In this document: piece by piece, positions 48,063 through 58,597 of the stretch | Numbering within the stretch: the first letter of the stretch is position 1 | Layout of the letters: each line of letters opens with the position of its first letter | Origin: an uncultured Fibrobacterota bacterium | GTDB taxonomy: Bacteria; Fibrobacterota; Chitinivibrionia; Chitinivibrionales; FEN-1185 | Length of the DNA: 64,000 nt | Assembly: GCA_963729895.1 (NCBI GenBank) | Contig: CAVSQB010000023.1 | Span: 1-64,000, forward strand | Direction of reading: 5' to 3' | Made by a program: the position numbers and the translations under genes | Notes under the pieces: model-generated | Seen by the model: only the letters and a program-made list of their open reading frames with translations | What the model was told of the DNA's origin: nothing | Databases searched by the model: none

Positions 48063-49664
48063 ATGGCTACAGAAAAGAAAAAAGGCGCCGGCCGAGACGC
48101 TTTTATCAAGGTGACGATCCGAGGCGCGAGCACCGCAACCGTTCTTGCCCGCAGGGGGGATGTGTTGCTTGATGTACTGAGAAAGGCCGGGGCCGAGGTC
48201 TTTGCGCCCTGCGGCGGCAAAGGCATTTGCAGGAAGTGCCGCGTTGAAATCGCGGAAGAAGGAGCCCGATTTGCGTGTAAACACCTGCTTGGGCGCGACG
48301 TGGAGGTGGTCCTTCCGGCGCGCGGCAGGGCCCGTATTGTTGAATCGGCTCGTGGGAAGCCCAGAGCGGTTGATCCCTGTACCGGAATTGATGCAACGTG
48401 CACGCGCGGTCGTATCATGGTTTCCTACAAAGGCCGGCGAATCTGCACCTTTCAGGGGAGGCCGCGAGACGCACAAGACCGGTTCGGGCTGGCAATCGAC
48501 ATCGGCACCACCACCGTTGTTGTCTATCTTGAAGACCTGGCCTCCGGATCAACCGTCGGCACAAAATCATTTGTCAATCCTCAAACCGCGTATGGCCACG
48601 ACGTCATAGCCAGGATTCAGTACACCGTGGAGCACCGAGAGGGGCTGCGAGTTCTGCGCGGCAGCCTTCTATCGGGAATCAACCAAGCGGTGAAGCGCGT
48701 GTGCAAGGAAAACGGGGTCGGCTACCGCGCCATCTACACCGCCGCCATTGCCGGCAACCCCACAATGCTCCACATTTTCCTGGGCAAAGATCCGTCCCCA
48801 ATATCGCGTGCGCCCTACAGGCCTGTCTTCACAATTGCGCGCGACGCAACCGGAAAGGCCTGCGGACTTCGCATGAACCCGCGGGGAGTCGTTCGCGTGT
48901 TGCCGTCCGTGTCCGGCTATGTCGGCGCCGACATCACCGCCGGTATTGCCTCCACGCCGATGACCGACAGCAAGAACTTTTCCCTCTACCTCGATATTGG
49001 GACAAACGGAGAAATGGCAGTGGGCAACCGGGACGTTTTGTATTGCTGTTCGACTGCCGCAGGGCCCGCTTTTGAAGGCGCTACCCTTGAGTGCGGCATC
49101 GGCGGGATTGAAGGCGCAATATGCTCGTTTGCCGACGGCCGGTACGCCACCATCGGAAATTGTCCCCCTGCCGGGATCTGCGGATCGGGCATTGTGGACT
49201 GCGTGGCATGGCTTCTTACCAAAGGGATAATCGACCGGAGCGGGCACATGGAGACAAACTATGTACTGGAGAAGAGCGAATACGCAGCCGCCGGACAGGA
49301 TATCGTGATTACCCCGGGCGATGTGCGGAAAATTCAGCTCGCCAAGGCCGCTACGTACGCGGGGATACGAATACTCCTCAAGAGCGCGGGCATCAAAATT
49401 GACGCAATCAGAACCCTGTACCTCGCCGGCGCGTTCGGCACTTTCATGAACGTGAAAAGCGCGGCCTCAATCGGCATGATACCGCGCGAACTCCAAAACA
49501 GGGCTGTATCCATCGGCAATGCCGCGGGTACGGGGGCTCGGCTCGCGCTGAAGTCGGTCCTGTTTGAGGATTCGGTGCGGAAAATCGCAGCAATGGCCCG
49601 TTATCTCGAACTGTCCGGACGGGAAGATTTTAATGAAGAGTATGTCAACACCATGGGGTTTTGA
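48063..49664 (+). CDS. ASKHA/DUF4445 protein with 2Fe-2S domain (RACo-like corrinoid activator)
   Basis: CGGKGICRKC, IDIGTTT, GYVGAD, DIGTNGE, AGPAFEG, GICGSG, AGAFG, GNAA; start 48039 or 48063. Confidence 0.88.
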   Translation: MATEKKKGAGRDAFIKVTIRGASTATVLARRGDVLLDVLRKAGAEVFAPCGGKGICRKCRVEIAEEGARFACKHLLGRDVEVVLPARGRARIVESARGKPRAVDPCTGIDATCTRGRIMVSYKGRRICTFQGRPRDAQDRFGLAIDIGTTTVVVYLEDLASGSTVGTKSFVNPQTAYGHDVIARIQYTVEHREGLRVLRGSLLSGINQAVKRVCKENGVGYRAIYTAAIAGNPTMLHIFLGKDPSPISRAPYRPVFTIARDATGKACGLRMNPRGVVRVLPSVSGYVGADITAGIASTPMTDSKNFSLYLDIGTNGEMAVGNRDVLYCCSTAAGPAFEGATLECGIGGIEGAICSFADGRYATIGNCPPAGICGSGIVDCVAWLLTKGIIDRSGHMETNYVLEKSEYAAAGQDIVITPGDVRKIQLAKAATYAGIRILLKSAGIKIDAIRTLYLAGAFGTFMNVKSAASIGMIPRELQNRAVSIGNAAGTGARLALKSVLFEDSVRKIAAMARYLELSGREDFNEEYVNTMGF

Positions 49665-49771
49665 GAAACGTTCGATCCGTTTCCCTCCGAGGAAATTTGC
49701 AAATTCGCACGAGGCGGCAACATATTTTTTAAGAAACGGATCGTGCAAAAACAAGAAAGGGATTTCAAGGC

Positions 49772-50737
49772 ATGCGCATCCTTTCGGGCATCCAACCCTC
49801 GGGAACGCTTCACGTAGGTAATTTCCTCGGCATGATCCAGCCAATGGTTCAGTCACAGGACAACAGCGAGCTGTTCTGTTTCCTGGCCAACATGCACAGT
49901 CTCACATCGGTGTTTGAGGCGTCGCGGCTTCAATCGTTTACAAACGAAGCGATCATCGATCTGCTTGCACTTGGCATGGACCCCGAAAGATCGGTATTCT
50001 GGATACAGTCGGACGTACCGGAAGTCACGGAGCTTGCCTGGTATCTCAGCAATGTCACGCCCGTGGGACTTCTCGAACGCTGCCATTCCTACAAAGACAA
50101 GGTCGCAAAGAACCTGCCTGCCAACAACGGATTGTTTTCCTATCCGGTGCTCATGGCGGCCGACATTCTTATGTATCAAACAAACGTGGTGCCCGTCGGC
50201 AAAGACCAGAAGCAACACGTGGAAGTCGCGCGCGACATTGCCATCAAGTTCAACCAGGCCTACGGAGAGGCGTTTACCGTACCCGAGCCGCGCATCAGGG
50301 AAGAAGTTGCCGTGGTCCCCGGCATCGACGGCCAGAAAATGTCGAAGTCGTACGGCAATACCCTGGACCTCTTCGCTCCCGAAAGTCAATTAAAGAAGAA
50401 GGTGATGAGCATCGTGACCGACCCGACGCCGCTTGAACAGCCGAAAGATCCCGGCAAGAGCACTGTATTTGCCATATACAAACTGTTCGCATCGCAGGAG
50501 AAGGTGACCTCAATGGAACAACGGCTTCGCGCGGGCGGGTATGGCTACGGCGATGCGAAAAAAGAGCTATTTTCCGCGCTGTGGGACTACTTCTTGCCTT
50601 ATCGGAAAAGGCGGGAGGATATCAGCAAGAACCCTGATTACGTTGCCGAGGTCAGAAGAAAAGGCGCGCACAAGGCGCGGGAAGCAGGGCTCCCGACGCT
50701 CGAGAACGTGAGAAGATTGGTCGGTGTAAAAGCCTGA
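49772..50737 (+). CDS. trpS: Tryptophan-tRNA ligase
   Basis: SGIQPSG..HVGN, YPVLMAADIL, VGKDQKQH, KMSKS. Confidence 0.96.
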   Translation: MRILSGIQPSGTLHVGNFLGMIQPMVQSQDNSELFCFLANMHSLTSVFEASRLQSFTNEAIIDLLALGMDPERSVFWIQSDVPEVTELAWYLSNVTPVGLLERCHSYKDKVAKNLPANNGLFSYPVLMAADILMYQTNVVPVGKDQKQHVEVARDIAIKFNQAYGEAFTVPEPRIREEVAVVPGIDGQKMSKSYGNTLDLFAPESQLKKKVMSIVTDPTPLEQPKDPGKSTVFAIYKLFASQEKVTSMEQRLRAGGYGYGDAKKELFSALWDYFLPYRKRREDISKNPDYVAEVRRKGAHKAREAGLPTLENVRRLVGVKA

Positions 50738-50812
50738 GCAACCCGCCGGTCCGGACGATGTCCCGAGACGCGGTACGGCGAACTCAATTCCGAGTCGACT
50801 TCCTTCCGAAGG

Positions 50813-51472
50813 TTATGGTCCTCTCTTCAAGCGACCCCCCCGGTCTCCCGACAGCATACCGAAAAGTTTTTTCGCGCCGTCTTCCACGAGAGTAAGCGCC
50901 GGACTGTCCTCCTCCTGCTTGACCGCCACATTCCAAAGCGCCCTGTTTTCCGAAACGTCAATTATCGAGCACAGGTATTCGAGTTTCTTGTTAAAGATAG
51001 TCCCGTAGGAATTCACGGTGCCGGTCTTGTCGGGCCTGAGCCCCACCGACTGGAAATGGTACAGCCGCATCGCGTAGACGAGCACCACGACATCGATGCC
51101 GTCCGCCGCGAGGCGCCCACGCGCATCGGAAGGGAGGCTGTCGATGGTGTCGTTGACATAAGCGTATCTTGCATGCAGCAGGCTGTCGACGGCAGGATCC
51201 ATTGCCTGCCATCCAAGCCGGGATTTTTGCACGATCTGCGCAAAATCTCTCAAGAATGCGTCTTGCGTTCTTGATTTGTCGATGCTGTGGTAGCTCTGGT
51301 TGGTAAACCTGTTCTCGTAGTAGATTTCCGACGATGTTACTATTGGTTTGCCGTAGGCAACATGCTTTGCGGCAATGGTCGAATAGGCGAACAAATCCGG
51401 CGTGTTTGTGGTCACGCGGGGCGGCGCGCACATCAGAGCCGGCATGCAAAGCAGAAGCGCCAATTTTCTCAT
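50813..51472 (-). CDS. Hypothetical exported protein / lipoprotein
   Basis: MRKLALLLCMPALMC leader. Confidence 0.55.
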   Translation of the reverse strand: MRKLALLLCMPALMCAPPRVTTNTPDLFAYSTIAAKHVAYGKPIVTSSEIYYENRFTNQSYHSIDKSRTQDAFLRDFAQIVQKSRLGWQAMDPAVDSLLHARYAYVNDTIDSLPSDARGRLAADGIDVVVLVYAMRLYHFQSVGLRPDKTGTVNSYGTIFNKKLEYLCSIIDVSENRALWNVAVKQEEDSPALTLVEDGAKKLFGMLSGDRGGRLKRGP

Positions 51473-51540
51473 GAGGCGATCAACCGTCAGATCATGCCGG
51501 GAAAAGCAAGGGACGGGAAAGTCGTCTTTGGGGATCGGTG

Positions 51541-52866
51541 TCACATCGTTCTGCCCCATTTGAGCGCGTTTGCCATAACGCCGAAATTCAGGTCGGGCTG
51601 GACATATTCCTGGCCTTTTTGCACAAACGGTATATAAACGAGAGAGCTTGACAACAGTGACAGCGACAGATTTCTTATCTCCGGGAGGGTCTTCTGTCTG
51701 GCCGGGCTGATGTCGCCCAGCACAACACCCGCCGCCTCGAAGCCTTCGCGTGCAGGCAGCGTCACCGGGTAGAACGCCGAATCTTTCGGGAACATCCCGG
51801 CAAATGCAGTTTCTTTCTGGTTGAGCGTCATGAGTCTGGCAAGCAGGAGGAACAGGTTTGGGTTGGCCTTGAACGCAGGCACCCAGAAATAGAATTTCTG
51901 GCGCTCCAGTGCGGGGAACACCGGCCGCGGCGTTTTTGTCAGGCGGATGAAATCGGCGATCGAACCCAGCGCCAAGGGCTTTGCGGAGACATCCAGGCGC
52001 CAGAACGGGAGCCACAGGTCTGCGGCAATGGCAGAGCTGCACAGAAAAAGATCAAGCGGCGCCAGGCCTCTATCGGCCGCGCTCCATGCCCGGCCGCAAT
52101 TACCGCACACCAGCGCGAGGCTGTCGTTTTCGGCCCCGAGGCCCGCCCCGCATTCCGGACACAGCGTGGAAATAAAAGACGGCCCCGGCGGCCTGCAATC
52201 GAGCAGCTGCACGCTGTTTTCCGGCCACGGTTTGAGCTTCTCGCCGGTTATGCCGTCAAAAAGAAAATTCCGGCTGACATAAAAAGGGGAATACACCAGG
52301 CTCACCAGCTCGCCGATCAGGGCCTCAACCGGCTGCACTGCGGCAAGGGTCCGGTTCTCCGCCACCAGTGTTTCGGCGTGGTGCAAAGACGTGACTGCCT
52401 CCACGAATTCCTTCTGCCGTGCGAGCGAATGCGCCGCGTTCGATTTTACTGATGCGAAATCCGATTGCGGAGCAAGAAAAACGCCCGTGGACAAAGGCTC
52501 AACAAATTTCATGTGAAGCGTCTGGGAGCGTATCCCGAGCGACAGGGGAAAAAGGGAAGGAGGATTTTGTACTGCGCACATGCTGTGGTCGACAAGAGAT
52601 GGCTCCACGCCGCCGGAAGTCAGGATATATCGCGTTCCCTTGCACCGCCAGTAGGGAACAAAAAAATATTCCTGTTCTCGCGTAGGAGATCCGGGAAGAT
52701 ACAGGGACGGAAATTCCTGAAAGAATATAAAGAGCCGCACGCGGCAATACGGGCAGGAAAAAATACGGTCTGTTTCCGACAGGCTGATGGCCGCGCCGCA
52801 CTGGGGGCACTGGTGATCCAGGATATAGTTAGAGCCGTTCACCGCACTGATTGCAAAATGTTGCAT
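51541..52866 (-). CDS. Multi zinc-ribbon hypothetical protein
   Basis: CPQCG..CPYC and CPECG..CGNC, each followed by (V/L)P(Y/F)WR; start may be GTG 52842. Confidence 0.75.
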   Translation of the reverse strand: MQHFAISAVNGSNYILDHQCPQCGAAISLSETDRIFSCPYCRVRLFIFFQEFPSLYLPGSPTREQEYFFVPYWRCKGTRYILTSGGVEPSLVDHSMCAVQNPPSLFPLSLGIRSQTLHMKFVEPLSTGVFLAPQSDFASVKSNAAHSLARQKEFVEAVTSLHHAETLVAENRTLAAVQPVEALIGELVSLVYSPFYVSRNFLFDGITGEKLKPWPENSVQLLDCRPPGPSFISTLCPECGAGLGAENDSLALVCGNCGRAWSAADRGLAPLDLFLCSSAIAADLWLPFWRLDVSAKPLALGSIADFIRLTKTPRPVFPALERQKFYFWVPAFKANPNLFLLLARLMTLNQKETAFAGMFPKDSAFYPVTLPAREGFEAAGVVLGDISPARQKTLPEIRNLSLSLLSSSLVYIPFVQKGQEYVQPDLNFGVMANALKWGRTM

Positions 52867-53944
52867 TGAAGAGGTTATCGTAGCCGCAGTGCCCGCAGTG
52901 CTTTTTCTGCGCCACGGGGGTCACGGGTTGCCCGCATTGCGGACAGAACTTGGCAAAGGGCGCCAGGTTCTTACCGCACTTTACACACTGGGAAAACACA
53001 AGCAACTGGTGTCCGCAGAACAGGCAGAATTGCGCTTCCGCCGGTATCTGCTGTCCGCAATCAGGACACTTCTGGGTTGTTTGGACCGCCGCTTCGGACT
53101 GCGGCGCAAATTGCCGGGACAGCATGGCCGGCATCATCAGCCCAAACCCCATAGCTACACCTTCGCCGCCGCTGGGGTTCTGAGCGGCTTTTTCAACGGC
53201 CATGGCGGATTTCATTTTCATGAGGTCGTTGAGATTGTTGAAAATGCCGAGTTTGCTCTTGTCGTCTATGGCCTGCTGCACCTCAAGAGGAGGCGTAATT
53301 GCGTTGATGTACAGGCTTGGCAGATCGAGTCCAAAATGCGCAAAGTCTTCCTGCAGCTGTTTCTTAAGGCCTTCTGCGACCTGGTCGTAGGTGCCGGGCA
53401 AGTTGACCATGGTGTCGAGATGTTCACCAAGGTAGTCGTTGAACCTCGAAACAATAATGCTGCTGAAATAATCCGACAGATCTTCCGTTGAGAAGCCGCC
53501 CACGGTTCCCAGCATGGAGTTGATAAACAAGAGCGGTTGAACTATACGCACGTTGAACATTCCGTGGGCGCGCAGACGAATGAGGCCGAGCTGACTATCC
53601 TTGAACGCAACGGGGTCTTTTGTACCCCATTTCTGGTTTGTGAATGTCTTGACGTTAAGGATGTACACTTCGGCGCGCAACGGGCTTGTAAACCCCCACG
53701 GGATGCTCATGATTTTGTTGAGGATGGGGATATTGGCGGTTTGCAGGGTATGTCTCCCTGGGCCAAATACGTGGATTGCCTTGCCGTTATAGAAAAAAAC
53801 TCCAACCTGGCTCTCGCGGATCACCAATTGCGCCCCGAACTTGATTTCTCCCGACCCTGTTTCGGGAATGCGCTGCATCATGCGATCACCCGTGGGGTCA
53901 AGCCACTCGATGACCTCGAGAAACACAACGTTATTGGTGCCCAT
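52829..53944 (-). CDS. SPFH-domain protein (YdjI-like) with C-terminal zinc ribbons
   Basis: GAQLVIRESQ, GPGRHTL, KWGTKDP; three CxxC..CxxC ribbons. Confidence 0.88.
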   Translation of the reverse strand: MGTNNVVFLEVIEWLDPTGDRMMQRIPETGSGEIKFGAQLVIRESQVGVFFYNGKAIHVFGPGRHTLQTANIPILNKIMSIPWGFTSPLRAEVYILNVKTFTNQKWGTKDPVAFKDSQLGLIRLRAHGMFNVRIVQPLLFINSMLGTVGGFSTEDLSDYFSSIIVSRFNDYLGEHLDTMVNLPGTYDQVAEGLKKQLQEDFAHFGLDLPSLYINAITPPLEVQQAIDDKSKLGIFNNLNDLMKMKSAMAVEKAAQNPSGGEGVAMGFGLMMPAMLSRQFAPQSEAAVQTTQKCPDCGQQIPAEAQFCLFCGHQLLVFSQCVKCGKNLAPFAKFCPQCGQPVTPVAQKKHCGHCGYDNLFNATFCNQCGERL

Positions 53945-54100
53945 GCCTACTCCTTTTGGGTGCGGCGTGTGCCGCACTCGCAAACGATCTACCCTTTCTT
54001 GGTTCCGTGATTACATGATACGGTAATTACTGGAGAAGTGCAATGGTCAAAAGCAAAAGTGAGGTTGCCGTCCGCAGCTTGGCGGAACGGCAACCTCGTA

Positions 54101-55003
54101 CTAGTCTGGTCTGTTGATGGACCGCATAAGGAATTTGTGGTTGAGCCACACATAGAATTGGAAAAGAAGGAAGATAAAGATGAGTGCGACAACGATCCCG
54201 ATTATGATAAAAACAGTGCGATGTTTCGCAAAGCCGGAGGGTACTTTTTTGCCGCCCGATGGAGTCTGAACGGCCGAAACCGGCGCAGGGCCTGGAGCAA
54301 CCGCGGAGGTGTCCCTTTGCACCGACGCGGCAAGCGTTTCGGCAACGTGTGCCGCCGGGGATGGTCGCTCGGTAAGGAGGGAAATCTTCTCAACACCGGG
54401 AACGTTGAGTGCCTCCTCGACAAACGCGGACTCGTTTTTCCACTTGTTCGAGTAAAGGCTCTTCTGACCGATGCGGACCAAGAACGGTTCCATAGTTTCG
54501 TTGGACAATTTGTGGAAACAGTCCCATATATCAATTTTTGCCGCGATCACGCCCCCAAAACGTTTCTTGACAACAATCGGTTCACTCCAGATCACGTAGT
54601 ATCTGCCGTTATCTTCCGCAAACCCGCAGAAGGCTTTCTTGCTCTTTGCGACCGTCGTGTACCATTCCACATCACCAACCTTCCGCTTCACCTTTCTTTG
54701 AGGCACCTCTCCCCGAATGACTTCGTTGAGTACCATTCCTCGAGCATTAACCCGCGCAAGATAAGCAAGGGGTTGATGTTTTTTGAGGGACGTGACGAAC
54801 ATCCTGTTCACCGGACTCGTCCGAGGATTCCCAAGAGCCCGATTCAAGGCAAGCCTGTCGAAATCCTTCTTCAAGACGGCGAAGTAGTTGTCGGCCGTTT
54901 CCTGTATGGACTCGGAAAAACATGGGACAGCAAGACAAAGAAACAGGGCGACCCCCAGCATTCCTTGAAGCCTCACCGAGCCGGGACCTTCTGCACGCGG
55001 CAT
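54101..55003 (-). CDS. Hypothetical periplasmic protein with C-terminal membrane anchor
   Basis: Signal-like segment, Pro/Ala linker, C-terminal TM; GGAGG RBS. Confidence 0.65.
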   Translation of the reverse strand: MPRAEGPGSVRLQGMLGVALFLCLAVPCFSESIQETADNYFAVLKKDFDRLALNRALGNPRTSPVNRMFVTSLKKHQPLAYLARVNARGMVLNEVIRGEVPQRKVKRKVGDVEWYTTVAKSKKAFCGFAEDNGRYYVIWSEPIVVKKRFGGVIAAKIDIWDCFHKLSNETMEPFLVRIGQKSLYSNKWKNESAFVEEALNVPGVEKISLLTERPSPAAHVAETLAASVQRDTSAVAPGPAPVSAVQTPSGGKKVPSGFAKHRTVFIIIGIVVALIFIFLLFQFYVWLNHKFLMRSINRPD

Positions 55004-55256
55004 GATGCCCTCCTTCTTGGAAAAAGGACTTATTCCTGAATAATAAATAGTAAATGGGGTGAAAAGATGAAAATAACTATTTCAAAACATTTTTCTGTGG
55101 CTGAAGGTGCGAAGTGGAACCGCAGTCTGGCACGGCGACCGGAATGCACCTCAGCGTAACCTCCGGGTTTGGTGACCCGAATGTTACGCCGGGCAAACAC
55201 ACGACCGGAATTGCCTTACAGCGCCGGTGTTATTTTGATTTTGAGACAAACGGGAA

Positions 55257-56528
55257 TCAAAGGCCGGCTCTTTTCGGCGTTCCCAATTGACCGGTGGATG
55301 TTCCAGGGTAAAGTTGACTTATGAGCGTCTGAGCGGCGCTCCAGTTTCTTCCATAATTATTGTACGCGGGATCCGCGGAAAGGGAATCAAGAACAATTGA
55401 TTTCTTCGCCGTGCCGAGATTCGGCCACTCCTGGTCGTTGCTTCCGCCCGCGAATGCCACCCAATCCATTACCGTGTCTCCACCCGCCCTGGAACGAAGG
55501 GAAAGCCAGTTTCCGCCCGATGACAGATCGAGCGCAGAGGAAACGGAGCTGAAAACATCCGCCCAGGGCAGGCTTCTCCTGCCGATCACAAAGAAGGCCT
55601 TTGGCCCGATTGAAACAACTCCATATGGGCGGCACGTACCGTCGATTTCTACAAACAGGGAATCGTTGTAGGTTGCACCGGCGGGATTGTAAACCTCAAC
55701 GTATTCCGAATCGTTCGCATTATACATTATCTCCGAAATGATGAGGCGGCCGGTTTCAAAGGCGATTGTGTTCTGGCTGCCTACGCTTCCCGACACCACC
55801 GTTATTCCCGGCATTTGAGCGGTCACGGAAATAGTCGCACCCGTTGTCACCCTGTAGAAACTGCCGGACACGCTCGTGTCCTGCAAAACGGAAAAAACAA
55901 GCCAGAGTGCGGACCTGTACACAACAGTTCCGGCCGTATCCGTTCCTTCGATTACCAGGGAATCGCTTGTCTTATCGGGCACGTCATCGATACTCAAGTA
56001 GAGTTTTGTCGACCTGTTTGCGCAAGATGAAAGTCCGTCGAATGAAGCACAAACACTCAAAACGCTGGTGGGTATGTTGGAAAGGTCTATGTAAATGGAT
56101 CCCAGGACTGGAACCAACGTGAAATCCAGCGTTTTTACTTCTGAAGGTGAAATGTCGACAACTTGCGGTGTTGTAGTATGAATGACGAGGTTATTCTTTG
56201 TTTTCGTAAAGACGGTGAACGCCCGTTTTTTTCCGGCAGGAACGTTTTCCACAGACGCGGAAATGTATGGATCGGAAGGACTGAACTTGAATGAAAGCAT
56301 CATGGTGTCCATGTCGTTTCCGGTTATCATTACCACGAGGCTGTCCCAGGTTGTTTCCTCAGTCGCCTGCGTCTTTGCCAGGACATTCTGCGTTTGCGTC
56401 TTAGCAAGCGAGGCCCAGATTTCAGCACTTCCGGTTTTGGATTTTGAATAACCGGAGGGGTTGTTGGCGCACGAGGACAAAACCAGTAATGCACCTGCCG
56501 CGAATCCCGCCACCCATTGCTTCTTCAT
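55257..56528 (-). CDS. Lipoprotein with lamin-tail (LTD) domain
   Basis: Lipobox LSSC; LIISEIMYN..EYVEVYN and terminal GTP typical of LTD. Confidence 0.75.
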   Translation of the reverse strand: MKKQWVAGFAAGALLVLSSCANNPSGYSKSKTGSAEIWASLAKTQTQNVLAKTQATEETTWDSLVVMITGNDMDTMMLSFKFSPSDPYISASVENVPAGKKRAFTVFTKTKNNLVIHTTTPQVVDISPSEVKTLDFTLVPVLGSIYIDLSNIPTSVLSVCASFDGLSSCANRSTKLYLSIDDVPDKTSDSLVIEGTDTAGTVVYRSALWLVFSVLQDTSVSGSFYRVTTGATISVTAQMPGITVVSGSVGSQNTIAFETGRLIISEIMYNANDSEYVEVYNPAGATYNDSLFVEIDGTCRPYGVVSIGPKAFFVIGRRSLPWADVFSSVSSALDLSSGGNWLSLRSRAGGDTVMDWVAFAGGSNDQEWPNLGTAKKSIVLDSLSADPAYNNYGRNWSAAQTLISQLYPGTSTGQLGTPKRAGL

Positions 56529-56585
56529 GAAGGACTCTCCTTTGTTATAATGATGGTTTTCCATCGCACGATTTCGGTGGGAGAT

Positions 56586-56601
56586 TGCATATAATGTGCC
56601 A
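56586..56601 (-). promoter_or_regulatory. Sigma54 promoter
   Basis: TGGCACATTATATGCA (GG-N10-GC). Confidence 0.75.
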
Positions 56602-56690
56602 ATGACTAGGTGAAGCTGTAACCTCTTATCGGATAAAACAATTTCTGATAGTCAGCAATTTTACGGCATAAAGCCAGGTCGCAAAACAGG

Positions 56691-56706
56691 TGTGACGGCC
56701 GTCACA
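56691..56706. promoter_or_regulatory. Palindromic CRP-type box
   Basis: TGTGA-CGGCCG-TCACA. Confidence 0.55.
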
Positions 56707-56834
56707 TTTCCAGGCCACAGAAGCATTTCTGCGACAGTACAGTAAGGAAAGGCAAGATTAGATGCTCTAAGAACAGCAGGGGAAAAACCAGAGCCAAAGC
56801 ATTAAAATTGTTAGAATGGGCTGATCCGCGGCGG

Positions 56835-57902
56835 CTACGGAAACAAGGCTATCCGTGCCGTCCCGGGACTTCCGTTGGCAGATGATACTCTGACCACAAA
56901 TACTCCACTCGTTCCAAGTGGTTGGTCCAAGACGCAAAGGGCTGTTTTTGAATCTTTCATTCTCCAAAGGAGATTTCGCACAAGCCGGCCGTCCACCGTG
57001 AAGATGCCGATCCCGGTGGGCGGCCATGAACCGGCGGGGCAATCGACAATGACTGCGCGCCTAAAGCCGCCGAGGGCATTTTGAATGACAACCCTGGAGG
57101 ATGAGGCCGTCTGAAACATGGGCGCGGAAACGACCGGCTCACCGCTCCCTTCTTTTGAGAGAAGCGTGATTTCCGAATCGGACATTGCGCGATTGTAAAG
57201 CCTGATATCGTCGATGAGCCCGCAAAAGCACTTTGCGGCCGTAAAAACGTCCGTCCCGAAATAGGTGGTCCTGTTGTTGGTGGACAACTTCGCATCCGGG
57301 ATCGATGCGGTTACCTGCCCGGCAGGCACTCCGTCCACAAAGAACGCAAGAATTGGTTTTTCCCATTCTACGGCCGCACAGTGCCATCCCGTGTCGTACT
57401 CGACAAAGGGCAAGACCAAGAGTTCGGTATCCGTGTTGTTGCTCACGATCGCGACCGCTTCCAGACGGCGGCACGGCTTCCCGAGTGAATCCGTGCTATT
57501 CGCGATAGTGAGCGATACTTCGCGTCTCTCGCCGGTGTTGGACAGCTCGTAGGCGTCCCAGAGGTAGCGCGGATCGGCAGTGATTTTTGAGCACGCATCC
57601 GCGTCGTACCAGCCGGAAATAACCGCGCTGTCGCGAGGCAGGTTGAAGGAGGACTTGTTCGGAATAAGGATAAAATCGTCCACTCCGTCAAGATTGCAGG
57701 CCAGCCCGCTCCCATTCCTGCCGGCAACAAAGGGAGTAGGGTTTGTTACAAAAAGTTTGCCGTCATTGAGTGCATGACCCGTAGAGTCGTTGGCATTGCC
57801 GTTGAACGGATACCATGCTGCAAGTCCTGCGGTCGGTACCTGAGCAACCGACACGGCAACGGCAAACATGCAAAAGAGGGAATACTTGATTACGTGTCTC
57901 AT
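56835..57902 (-). CDS. Secreted LamG/concanavalin-like protein with C-terminal sorting-type domain
   Basis: GLAAWYPFNGNAND, WHC, GLIDDIRLYNRA; tail IFTVDGRLVR..GVFVVRV. Confidence 0.8.
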   Translation of the reverse strand: MRHVIKYSLFCMFAVAVSVAQVPTAGLAAWYPFNGNANDSTGHALNDGKLFVTNPTPFVAGRNGSGLACNLDGVDDFILIPNKSSFNLPRDSAVISGWYDADACSKITADPRYLWDAYELSNTGERREVSLTIANSTDSLGKPCRRLEAVAIVSNNTDTELLVLPFVEYDTGWHCAAVEWEKPILAFFVDGVPAGQVTASIPDAKLSTNNRTTYFGTDVFTAAKCFCGLIDDIRLYNRAMSDSEITLLSKEGSGEPVVSAPMFQTASSSRVVIQNALGGFRRAVIVDCPAGSWPPTGIGIFTVDGRLVRNLLWRMKDSKTALCVLDQPLGTSGVFVVRVSSANGSPGTARIALFP

Positions 57903-57942
57903 CTAGGTTCCAAATATAAGAAAACCGGGCTGTTTTTTCCTG

Positions 57943-57979
57943 AAAATAGAAGCAGGGGCAAACCTTGAGGCGCCCCTGC
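57943..57979 (-). terminator. Terminator downstream of hcp
   Basis: GCAGGGGC..GCCCCTGC followed by TTCTATTTT. Confidence 0.6.
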
Positions 57980-58018
57980 AATCGATCTCGCGACCGTGAA
58001 CCGGTGTGCAGTACTACA

Positions 58019-58519
58019 CTATGCCTTGCCGCCTTCTTTTCCTTCTGCCCACGAATCGGAAGCCTGAAGGTTGCCGTCGAGAAATGTCCAGGTGATCTTG
58101 CGGTACCGCAGGCTCACATCTTCCATGTGCGTATAGCGCTCTTTGGTGGGATCTTTCACATGGGGCATGATTGCCTTGACCGAGCAGACCTTGACGCCCT
58201 CCAGCTTGTGGTTAAAATATTCCTTTTCGCTGCCGGTGTCATCGATGTTGTACCACTTGAACTCCGCGGTCTTGAAAGTCTCTCCCTCGCACACCGCCTT
58301 GTACAGGTACGGTGAGGACGCGTCGAAAGCCTTGACAAACGTCAAAGATTCGTGCTTGCGGGTTCCGGTGAGGCGTCCGGTATCCGGATCGGTGGGAATC
58401 CGGACTTCGTGATGGAATTCGAGCACCTCAATGCTGCCCTCGCGGTGGGCAACGTCGACTGAGCCTTTTACGTCGGCCCCTGTTTCATTTTTGATCCACA
58501 AATATGCTGCAATTGGCAT
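58019..58519 (-). CDS. hcp: T6SS tube protein Hcp
   Basis: MPIAAYL, GSIEVLEF.H, G.RKH..L...K.FD.SSPYLY, EDVSLRYRKITW. Confidence 0.95.
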   Translation of the reverse strand: MPIAAYLWIKNETGADVKGSVDVAHREGSIEVLEFHHEVRIPTDPDTGRLTGTRKHESLTFVKAFDASSPYLYKAVCEGETFKTAEFKWYNIDDTGSEKEYFNHKLEGVKVCSVKAIMPHVKDPTKERYTHMEDVSLRYRKITWTFLDGNLQASDSWAEGKEGGKA

Positions 58520-58597
58520 ACAAGACTCCTTTCACATTGTAAAGTTTAAGCGGTAGTGTACTTTCGGCCACCGAGAAAAATATACAAACACACGCGC

